The position numbers were made by a program, and so were the translations under genes. From the NCBI GenBank assembly GCA_963578805.1, contig CAUZDY010000001.1:8043-72042 (forward strand): 64,000 nt of DNA. The letters run 5' to 3'. Source of the stretch: Vicinamibacteria bacterium. GTDB lineage: Bacteria; Acidobacteriota; Vicinamibacteria; Vicinamibacterales; UBA8438. Below the pieces are notes generated by a model that saw nothing but the letters and a program-made list of their open reading frames with translations, ran no database searches and had not been told where the DNA came from. Positions 53,109 to 60,480 of this stretch are shown here, piece after piece (within the stretch, counting starts at the first letter, position 1; each line of letters begins with the position of its first letter).

Positions 53109-53612
53109 ATGAGTATGAACAAGATCACCGACATCGACTGGACAACCTGGAAGGCGGTCGATCACGCGACGTTGGTGTTTGTGATTCACGGCGGGCAGAT
53201 TCTGCTGATCCGAAAAAAGCGAGGGTTGGGAGCCGGCAAGATCAACGGTCCCGGTGGTCGGCTTGAGCCTGGTGAAACGCCCCAGGCATGTGCAGAGCGG
53301 GAGCTTCGGGAGGAGGTCGGGGTCACGGCGGGTGCGCTTGTCCTGATGGGCCACCATCGATTCCAGTTCGTCGATGGTTACTCGACGTATGGCTATGTCT
53401 ATCGCACTCACGAGATCGAAGGTACCGCGATCGAGACCGACGAGGCGGCTCCCAGGTGGTATGACCTTGCAGCAATACCGTTCGACGAAATGTGGGAGGA
53501 TGATCGATATTGGTTACCGTTGGTCATTCAAGGCAGGCGATTCTCAGGGTACTGGATCTTCGATGGGGACCGTATGGTCGACTACCGTCTGGACGTCCTG
53601 GACAGAGCATGA
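53109..53612 (+). CDS. NUDIX hydrolase (MutT-like)
   Basis: Nudix box GPGGRLEPGETPQACAERELREEVGV. The track ORF starts at the TTG at 53049; the ATG at 53109 is more plausible. Confidence 0.85.
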   Translation: MSMNKITDIDWTTWKAVDHATLVFVIHGGQILLIRKKRGLGAGKINGPGGRLEPGETPQACAERELREEVGVTAGALVLMGHHRFQFVDGYSTYGYVYRTHEIEGTAIETDEAAPRWYDLAAIPFDEMWEDDRYWLPLVIQGRRFSGYWIFDGDRMVDYRLDVLDRA

Positions 53613-53657
53613 TATCCAACTAGAGCCACGGCTGGTGATACCAGCGCACTGATCCGT

Positions 53658-55043
53658 TCAGAGCTCGAGGCGCTTCGCTTTTTCAACCAGAGTCGTCCGC
53701 TTGATGTTGAGGAGTTCGGCGGCCCTGCGTTTATTCCCGCCGGTTCGCTCTAGGGACGCACGGATAAGACAGCGTTCGATCTCCTGGACGTACTGCTGCA
53801 GATCCACACCGTCTTCTGGAAGGTCGATATCCACCTTCCTCGATGGATCCCCGTTCGTTTGGAGATCCGGCGGGAGGTCGGCCACGTCGATCTGATTCCG
53901 TCCAGGCGTCATTGTCAGTGCGCGCTCTACGACGTTTTCCAGCTGACGGATATTCCCGGGCCAGTTGTGCGCCATTAACCGCCGCATCGCCTCCTGCGAG
54001 AAGACCACATCGGTTCGGGCAGGCTCATGTTGCTGAGACAATTTAAGGATGAAGCTCTTGATTAGAAGGGGGATATCCTCGCGGCGCTCCGAGAGCGGTG
54101 GCAGGTGAATCGGGATGACGTTAAGCCGATAGTACAAATCCTTTCGGAACGTGCCGTCCTCGATCATCTCTTCCAGGTTGGAGTTGGTGGCGGCAATGAC
54201 CCGCACGTCAACGCGCATTGGCTTGCTGTCACCAAGACGCTCGAACTCACGCTCCTGCAGCGCTCGCAGGAGTTTCGCTTGCAGGCTGGCACTCATCGTG
54301 CCGATTTCGTCGAGAAACAGTGTTCCCCGATGCGCCTGCTCAAGTCGACCTTGACGCGTGGCCACTGCACCGGTGAACGCCCCGCGGACGTGGCCGAACA
54401 GTTCCGCCTCCAGCAGCGTTTCAGGTATCGCGCCGCAGTTCAAGGCGACAAATCGATGGCGACAACGTGGACTGTTGTGGTGAATGGCACGGGCAACGAG
54501 CTCTTTGCCCGTGCCGGTCTCCCCGGTGATGAGAATCGTGCTGGTCGCACCGGCGACGGTCTCGAGTATCTGAAACAGTCGTCGCATCGGCTGACTCCGG
54601 CCGATAATACCTTCGAAGCGATACCGTTCCTCCAACTGCGACCGCAGATACGCGTTTTCGGACTTTAGCCGGCGCTGCTCGAGCGCCGTCGTGAGGACGT
54701 GCAGCAGGTGGTCGAACTGGAATGGCTTGGTGATAAAGTCACTCGCGCCGTTTTTGATTGCTTCAACTGCATCCCTGACCGTGCCAAATCCGGTGACCAC
54801 GACGCCGACGATGTCTGGGTACAGCTCAAGGGACCTCTGAATGACCTGGGTTCCGTCTATGCCGGGGAGTCTGAGGTCGGTAATGATTGCGTCGAATGCG
54901 AAGTCTGAAATCCGCTGCAGCGCATCTTCTCCAGATTCGGCCTGAACCACCCGATAGCCGTGTTCCTCCAGACGCTCTGCGGTCGCCTCACGTAAGGCGA
55001 TCTCATCTTCTACAAGGAGTAGATGTTCAATTTTTTCAGTCAT
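53658..55043 (-). CDS. Sigma-54-dependent response regulator (NtrC family: REC + AAA+ + Fis-type HTH)
   Basis: 461 aa. REC domain LLVEDE...ITDLRLPGIDG; Walker A GETGTGKE; sigma-54 contact loop GAFTGA; C-terminal NKRRAAELLNIKRTTLVEKAKRL. Confidence 0.93.
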   Translation of the reverse strand: MTEKIEHLLLVEDEIALREATAERLEEHGYRVVQAESGEDALQRISDFAFDAIITDLRLPGIDGTQVIQRSLELYPDIVGVVVTGFGTVRDAVEAIKNGASDFITKPFQFDHLLHVLTTALEQRRLKSENAYLRSQLEERYRFEGIIGRSQPMRRLFQILETVAGATSTILITGETGTGKELVARAIHHNSPRCRHRFVALNCGAIPETLLEAELFGHVRGAFTGAVATRQGRLEQAHRGTLFLDEIGTMSASLQAKLLRALQEREFERLGDSKPMRVDVRVIAATNSNLEEMIEDGTFRKDLYYRLNVIPIHLPPLSERREDIPLLIKSFILKLSQQHEPARTDVVFSQEAMRRLMAHNWPGNIRQLENVVERALTMTPGRNQIDVADLPPDLQTNGDPSRKVDIDLPEDGVDLQQYVQEIERCLIRASLERTGGNKRRAAELLNIKRTTLVEKAKRLEL

Positions 55044-55206
55044 TTACGCTGGTGCCGGTATTTTGACGATGTGTAGAAATCGGGTTAAGGATCGCACAAT
55101 GCTACAGCTTTTTTCATAGTTTGCCGATACCACTCTTCGAAGCGAAATCAGCGGGTCACATCGCTACGATCCGCTGAGCGGGGGCGCGAACAATTATGGG
55201 AAGGCG

Positions 55207-55431
55207 ATGAGCAAGGTGATGATTGTCGACAGAAAGACTATATCGATCATGAAGGCCTGCGAGCTTGTTGGCGTGAGTCGGCGGACGATCTATAACTGGA
55301 TCGCTAGTGGGAAAGTCGAATATGTACGCACGGCTGGCGGCTCGGTCCGGATCTTTGTTGAGACGCTGTGGCGGAGGCCCGAAGACTCCAGTCGCCGTCA
55401 GCCGGTTGGCGAACAACGACGGCTTGGTTGA
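55207..55431 (+). CDS. Excisionase-family (MerR-superfamily) helix-turn-helix DNA-binding protein
   Basis: 74 aa. ISIMKACELVGVSRRTIYNWIASGKVEYVRTAGGSVRIFVETL. A GGAAGG Shine-Dalgarno sequence lies 5 nt upstream of the ATG. Confidence 0.75.
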   Translation: MSKVMIVDRKTISIMKACELVGVSRRTIYNWIASGKVEYVRTAGGSVRIFVETLWRRPEDSSRRQPVGEQRRLG

Positions 55432-55676
55432 TGGCCGGAGAGCCGCAGGTTCTCTACCCTTACGACGGGTCCGTGCTCTGCGGTGAAGAGCCAGGCCTGG
55501 GACACCGGCTTCACCGTCTGAATAACCAGCTCGGTATCATTTTGGCGAATCCAGAGCTGCTAGAGACCAAGCTGGGCAAGTCGTCAGGCCGATCCAAGGC
55601 CAACCAGATCGTGACCAGTGCTGTCAATGCGATCGGTACCAGAAGAGACATCCGTGCTAGGTTCTCGAGCCCATGA
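55431..55676 (+). CDS. Small protein with a histidine-kinase H-box/DHp-like segment and no ATPase domain
   Basis: 81 aa, read from the ATG that overlaps the HTH stop (TGATG). LGHRLHRLNNQLGIILANPELLETKL resembles the HisKA H-box (aHDfNNlLtvIlGnaELL). No N/G1/G2 ATP-binding boxes follow. Confidence 0.5.
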   Translation: MAGEPQVLYPYDGSVLCGEEPGLGHRLHRLNNQLGIILANPELLETKLGKSSGRSKANQIVTSAVNAIGTRRDIRARFSSP

Positions 55677-55785
55677 GACCTGCTGCATTCGGATCTATTT
55701 CGACCAGATCTTGTCAATATTTTGACGATCAGGCGCTCTAGGCGTCAGCGTTCCTACACAGCGCATCCAGAATCTTCTCCTTTCT

Positions 55786-55803
55786 GCACAGCCCTTCCTG
55801 TGC
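55786..55803. promoter_or_regulatory. Dyad GCACAG-N6-CTGTGC, candidate enhancer (UAS) for the sigma-54 promoter
   Basis: Perfect 6-bp inverted arms, centred about 87 bp upstream of the -24 GG. The arms resemble NtrC-type TGCAC half-sites. Confidence 0.35.
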
Positions 55804-55880
55804 TGTAGGTAGCGTAAAAAGAACAAGTTATTGTCGTTCACGTGACTTCCTGTCCCTTCTTCGCACGGTCCAAAACTGCC

Positions 55881-55896
55881 TGGCATTGCTCTTGCC
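55881..55896 (+). promoter_or_regulatory. Sigma-54 (-24/-12) promoter
   Basis: TGGCAT-TGCTC-TTGCC matches TGGCAC-N5-TTGCW with correct GG/GC spacing. It lies 70 bp upstream of the FliA-type sigma gene, and a sigma-54 activator gene is adjacent. Confidence 0.7.
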
Positions 55897-55964
55897 CTTC
55901 ATGAGGTCAGTCCGAACGTCGCCGCGGTGGCGAGACGCCGGACCACCGAAGGGAGTCGGAAGCT

Positions 55965-56825
55965 ATGCAGAAGCAGACCACACTTGATAATCAGGAAGAG
56001 CGGATCGCCGCGAGCGTGCCGTTCGTGCAAGCCCAGGCGCGACGACTAGCTGCCTCGATGCCGACCTCGATTGATATCGGCGACTTGGTTCAGGACGGAA
56101 TGATTGGACTGATCGACGCTGCTAACCGCTTCGATGAAAAACGCGGAATCAAGTTCGAGACGTTCGCAGAGCGCCGTGTCCGCGGGTCAATGATCGACGC
56201 GCTCCGTAGAGGCGCGTGGCCACGCGGAATCCGTCGTGTGCGGCGTGAACTCGAAGCTGCACGTCAACACCTGCGCAATGAGCTCGGTTCCGAGCCGTCG
56301 CTCTCAGAATTGGCCAGCCGCATGGGTGCTGACGAGGCGCACCTGAGTCGCACCATCATCAGGATCAAGACGATCGAGGCGACGTCGCCGTCGGCCACGA
56401 TCGACAACGTCGACGAGGCGAGCCTGCCTCCGGTGCTGCTGCCCTCCGAGCCGGCTGCACCAGACAAGTTGTGTGAGCTGGGCGAGGTACAGAACCGAGT
56501 CCGGGCTGCCATTACCGCGCTTCCACCCCGGGAACGGAAAGTTGTCACGCTCTATTACTTCGGCGAGGTGACAATGAAAAAGATCGGAGAGACAATCGGC
56601 GTCAATGAATCTCGCGTCTCGCAACTTCACGCCCGCGCCGTCCAGCGACTGCGTAAGCTGCTCGGACCCGACCTGGCACCTGAACAGCTAAGTGTCGCGC
56701 TCACAAAGCCTGTGGCGGTCAAGACGGTCAAAGCAAAGGTCGGCATGCATTCACGCCCACGACGGGTTGCGGTGAAGGCGAGTCGCCCGATTCGGCAAGT
56801 TGAAGTGGCTGCGGCTCGGTGTTGA
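55965..56825 (+). CDS. FliA/WhiG-family (group 3, sigma-28-like) RNA polymerase sigma factor with C-terminal extension
   Basis: 286 aa. Region 2 DLVQDGMIGLIDAANRFDEKRGIKFETFAERRVRGSMIDALRRGAWPRG; region 4 MKKIGETIGVNESRVSQLHARAVQRLRKLL; about 55 extra C-terminal residues. Confidence 0.8.
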   Translation: MQKQTTLDNQEERIAASVPFVQAQARRLAASMPTSIDIGDLVQDGMIGLIDAANRFDEKRGIKFETFAERRVRGSMIDALRRGAWPRGIRRVRRELEAARQHLRNELGSEPSLSELASRMGADEAHLSRTIIRIKTIEATSPSATIDNVDEASLPPVLLPSEPAAPDKLCELGEVQNRVRAAITALPPRERKVVTLYYFGEVTMKKIGETIGVNESRVSQLHARAVQRLRKLLGPDLAPEQLSVALTKPVAVKTVKAKVGMHSRPRRVAVKASRPIRQVEVAAARC

Positions 56826-56855
56826 GTGCCTTGGACGGCAACGCGGAAGGTTGGG

Positions 56856-58409
56856 CTACCCGGTCACGTCGAACGCGACTTTGAGGAGATCGGCCAGTCT
56901 GAACGGTTTAGCAAGCCACTGACAGCCGCTTTCTTCGAGAAACCGTTCAGCTTCGGTTCCTGCCACGTCTCCCGTGACAAAGACCATCCGCCTGGCCAGC
57001 GCTGGTTCAGTTTTTGTGATCGTGCGATAAAGGGTCGGGCCGTCCATTCGTGGCATCTTGAGATCGCAGACGAGCAGGTCGTACACGCTCTCCTGAATCC
57101 GGTCCAGTGCGTCGTGCCCATCCCCGGCCTGGTCAACCTGAAACCCGGCATCGGTCAGTGCCTCTGAGACCGCTGCCGCGAGTGCGGGTTCATCCTCGAT
57201 GACGAGCACCCGCGCACCTCTTCCATTCGAGGTCTCCTTTGGAACCGGTGGCGTTACCTGAACCTGACGGACGACGCCACCACTGGCTGGGAACTCCACG
57301 AAAAACGAGGCCCCCTGACCGGGGCCCGAAGCCACGCGAATACGGCCTCCGTGTTCTTGCACGATGGCGTAGGCAACTGTTAGCCCCAGACCGGTCCCTT
57401 GTCCCACACCTTTGGTGGTGAAGAACGGGTCGAAAATCTTTGCCTGCACCTCTTCGGGCACGCCAGGACCATCGTCGTTGATTTCCAAGACAACCGATTC
57501 CCTTTCCGCGTCGTGCCACGTTCGAGCGACGAGCGTCCCCCGACCATTCGTGGCCAACATGGCCTGCTCGGCGTTGACGATGAGGTTGAGCAGGACCTGC
57601 TTGAGGTGATGGGGATCGGCAAACACCTGTGGAAGGCCACCAGCTAAGGCCTCGATCGCCGTCACGTTGGAGACGCGTTGGTCATAAGCTCGCAGTGAGA
57701 GCGTTTCTCGGACGATTTGGTTCAGGTCGATCACCGCCCGGGTCGTATGTCTTTTTCGTGAGAACGTCAGGAGGTTTCTGACGATCTTTGCGGCGCGTTC
57801 GGACTCGCTCAGGATGGTTTGAATACCTCTTTTTGTCACGTCGTCAGAGGGGCGCAACGACAGGCGCTCCGACCAGGTAAGAATTGTCGCTAGCGGATTG
57901 TTGAGCTCGTGGGCAACACCAGAAACTGTCTGTCCGAGCGCGGCCATTTTCTCAGACTGGAGGAGCTGGTGGTAGAAGTCGCGACCCTGCTCCTCCAGTC
58001 GCCGGCGTTCGCTGACGTCCCGCATGAGGGCAACGAGTCGACGGCCGATCTGATTTTTGGGCTCATCAACATGAGCGGTCACTTCGACCCAAAATGATGA
58101 GTCATCCGCTCGGCGTAACCGGAGGAGATAGTCCAAAACGGCACCATCCCGTTCGAGTCGTTTTAGGAATTCCGTGCGCGCCTCCGGATCGACAAAGCGT
58201 TCGAGTTCAAATGGGCGGACCGCTTCTGCTTCGGCCTCGGGAGGATGGCCGAACATTAGCTTTAAGTGAGGATTGGCCGTGACGGTTGTATCGACGCCTC
58301 GGTGCAGCGTGCCGATGTAGATCCCTTCCTGGATCGATTCAAAGAGACACGCGAGCGCTTCAAAGGTTGGCGTGGGGAAAGACGTCAGGCGGGGGGCGCG
58401 TGACGACAC
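56856..58409 (-). CDS. Soluble hybrid sensor histidine kinase (PAS + HisKA + HATPase_c + C-terminal REC)
   Basis: 517 aa with no TM segment. H-box SGVAHELNNPLATI; N box LNLIVNAEQAM; G boxes DDGPGVP and GTGLGL; receiver VLVIEDE...LVCDLKMPRMDG...AKPF. Confidence 0.9.
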   Translation of the reverse strand: MSSRAPRLTSFPTPTFEALACLFESIQEGIYIGTLHRGVDTTVTANPHLKLMFGHPPEAEAEAVRPFELERFVDPEARTEFLKRLERDGAVLDYLLRLRRADDSSFWVEVTAHVDEPKNQIGRRLVALMRDVSERRRLEEQGRDFYHQLLQSEKMAALGQTVSGVAHELNNPLATILTWSERLSLRPSDDVTKRGIQTILSESERAAKIVRNLLTFSRKRHTTRAVIDLNQIVRETLSLRAYDQRVSNVTAIEALAGGLPQVFADPHHLKQVLLNLIVNAEQAMLATNGRGTLVARTWHDAERESVVLEINDDGPGVPEEVQAKIFDPFFTTKGVGQGTGLGLTVAYAIVQEHGGRIRVASGPGQGASFFVEFPASGGVVRQVQVTPPVPKETSNGRGARVLVIEDEPALAAAVSEALTDAGFQVDQAGDGHDALDRIQESVYDLLVCDLKMPRMDGPTLYRTITKTEPALARRMVFVTGDVAGTEAERFLEESGCQWLAKPFRLADLLKVAFDVTG

Positions 58410-58469
58410 GTTCGATTATAGCAAGGCCCGTTATCTCTCGCTGAGCGCCTCCGCCGGCTCTTCAGCTGT

Positions 58470-59102
58470 CTACTCAGCCGGGGGAGCGGGTGTCGGCGTC
58501 TGGCTTATGGCGCGAGGCAGATACTTTGCTTCGACTGCCGACCGGATGTCACCGACGGACCCGCCTGAGGCATGCAACTGCATGGCCTCTTGGGCGACGT
58601 CGATACACACGATACAAGCCATTCCATGGGGTTCCCACGAGTTGACCGAACCATTCTGGTTTCGAGACTGGACAAAACAGTCTGCATTGCCTGTGTGTCC
58701 CGCCGATTCGCAGCCACAGTAACAGGGCACATACTCGAGCACGTCCGGGTTGCGGGCCGCGAACTCATAGGCAGCGCTCACCACCTCGGGTGACCGTGGC
58801 ACCATATTGGGCATGAGTGGAAGATTCGGCAACGGGACACCCTCCGGGTGTGCAGGCGAAGCCTCTTGTGTCGGTACGAATGGAGGGGTGAAGCCGGTCG
58901 TTTCCGCGTCAACGGTGTCGGCGGCTTCGACCGCGGCGTCCATCCCAGCATCGGACACATCAGGGCCGCCCCTAGGGTAGAGGGCACCAAGTCCAACGGC
59001 CACGACGGTTACGACCCCGGCGATCAGGACCCACGGTGGTCCACTTGACCCCGAACCAGGTGCCCCGGGAACTCTTCTTTGAACCTTCCATTTTTTTACC
59101 AC
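58470..59102 (-). CDS. PCYCGC-motif membrane-anchored protein
   Basis: 210 aa. N-terminal TM helix, a Pro/Thr-rich linker, then EYVPCYCGCESAGHTGNADCF...MACIVC. Confidence 0.75.
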   Translation of the reverse strand: MVKKWKVQRRVPGAPGSGSSGPPWVLIAGVVTVVAVGLGALYPRGGPDVSDAGMDAAVEAADTVDAETTGFTPPFVPTQEASPAHPEGVPLPNLPLMPNMVPRSPEVVSAAYEFAARNPDVLEYVPCYCGCESAGHTGNADCFVQSRNQNGSVNSWEPHGMACIVCIDVAQEAMQLHASGGSVGDIRSAVEAKYLPRAISQTPTPAPPAE

Positions 59103-59415
59103 AAAACTGATCTTATAACAGAAACCCTGGGTGTCTAGTCACTAACCCAACAGGCCGAAAAGTATCGCGTTTGGGTCATTGTGCAGTCTGGCTGGCACCG
59201 ACGGGTACCTGAAATGATCCGCACTCCCACCCGGAGTCGATCCTCGCTGTCTATTTGGCGAAGAACCAAACCGTGCGGACGATTACTTAGGGGAGCTTCT
59301 CATGCATTCAGCCGAGAAACATGACATTGTCCTGGTGTTCGGGCTTGCCGTCACCTTAATGGTCATATTCTAGAAGCCGCTTCTGGGCCTGCTCGCGGCG
59401 TCCATCGTCTGGACG

Positions 59416-59916
59416 TTACTCGTCTTTTCTTGGCCCCAGCGCGAAAGCCATCGTCCCTTCGACGACCCGCGTGTCACCAACTCGAGCGAAGCCCTTGAGC
59501 TGACCCATTCGGCTCCGAAGGCGCTCGACCGTGGCTTCGATCACGACGACATCTCCCGGATGAACTGGCTTGAGATACCGCACTTGCTCGATTCCGAGAA
59601 AGTAGATCAACCTCTCCCGATTCTCGGGTTTAGCCAGAATCAGGATCGCGCCCACTTGAGCGACAGCCTCGGTCAGGATCGTCGGTGGGAGGGCGGGAGG
59701 CTCACCCGGACGATGCGCCAGGTACCTTTCGTTGAGCGAGACGTTCTTGATGCCGACAATTCGCCTGTCCTCCTCGAATTCCGTGATCTTGTCGACCAGG
59801 AGGAAGGGGTATCGATGCGGCAGGATCCGCTCGATGGCGGCGTTGTCGAGTGGGAGGCTAAGGTGTGTGTTCACCGGCTCAAGTATATCCTCCCCTAGGG
59901 ATGAGGATGGCCGCAC
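59416..59916 (-). CDS. FabZ-like (3R)-hydroxyacyl-ACP dehydratase, divergent
   Basis: ILPHRYPFLLVDKITEF...IKNVSLNERYLAHRPGEPPALPPTILTEAVAQ aligns with the FabZ hot-dog fold (His and Glu retained, but the FFxGHFP and PGVL motifs are altered). The start is uncertain: the GTG at 59916 or a downstream GTG. Confidence 0.7.
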   Translation of the reverse strand: MRPSSSLGEDILEPVNTHLSLPLDNAAIERILPHRYPFLLVDKITEFEEDRRIVGIKNVSLNERYLAHRPGEPPALPPTILTEAVAQVGAILILAKPENRERLIYFLGIEQVRYLKPVHPGDVVVIEATVERLRSRMGQLKGFARVGDTRVVEGTMAFALGPRKDE

Positions 59917-60480
59917 GGAATCGCTCTTGCCCTGCGACGGAATGCGGCGAAGCTAGCGCCTGCCTGAGTTAACGCACTCCGTTGATTCCGCGCGACCGTA
60001 GACTTTGGTATTAAATCCCGTGCCGTCCAAATTCTGGAGCAGGTATGCCAAGGCTGGCTAGTTTCGGCGGCGTGTCGTCCTGTCAGGTGGACCTCAGAAG
60101 AGGACTTTTAAACCCTTCTCGCAAAACGGCCATCGCAATGAACCAACACAGGTGTTTTTCGACTGAACACCCTTACCGGGAGGGTGGACATCTGCACCGC
60201 AATGTCCGGTCAGACTCTAGCAGGAGGCCCCCGCGGTGATGAAGTAGGGCTCTGTGTTGTCGTCCCAGACCAAAGGCTGGACTCATTTGTCGTTTATGTC
60301 GTGCGCTGTAGTCACAGAAAGACCGTGGACGGGCTGCAATGATAGCGTCTCGCTATTGCCCGGATGGAGTAACCGCGTTTCGCAAGGCTTAGAAAACGTC
60401 GTCGCTCCAATCCGCTGACGTGGGCGAGCTACTTCGTTCGAGCGAAGCACTCGCACCTGCCAGGTGTCCGCGGGATGCCT

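Noticed and set aside
55051-55067. Sigma-54-like TGGTGCCGGTATTTTGA at the start of the EBP-HTH divergent region.
   Set aside because: GG is present but the -12 GC dinucleotide is missing at the required spacing.
59195-59225. TGGCACCGACGGGTACC as a sigma-54 promoter in the FabZ-PCYCGC gap.
   Set aside because: The -12 element (TTGC) is absent at the proper spacing, and no plus-strand gene follows except the speculative 23-codon ORF.
59917-60480. tmRNA, RNase P RNA or SRP RNA in the GC-normal gap.
   Set aside because: There is no tRNA-like 3' end (GGTTCGAxTCC...CCA). There is no GAGGAAAGTCC followed by an ACAGAAxxCGGCTTA pair in the correct order; only short chance matches (AAAGTCC, GGTAAGGGTG) occur, in the wrong order. 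There is no SRP GGAA/AGCA motif.
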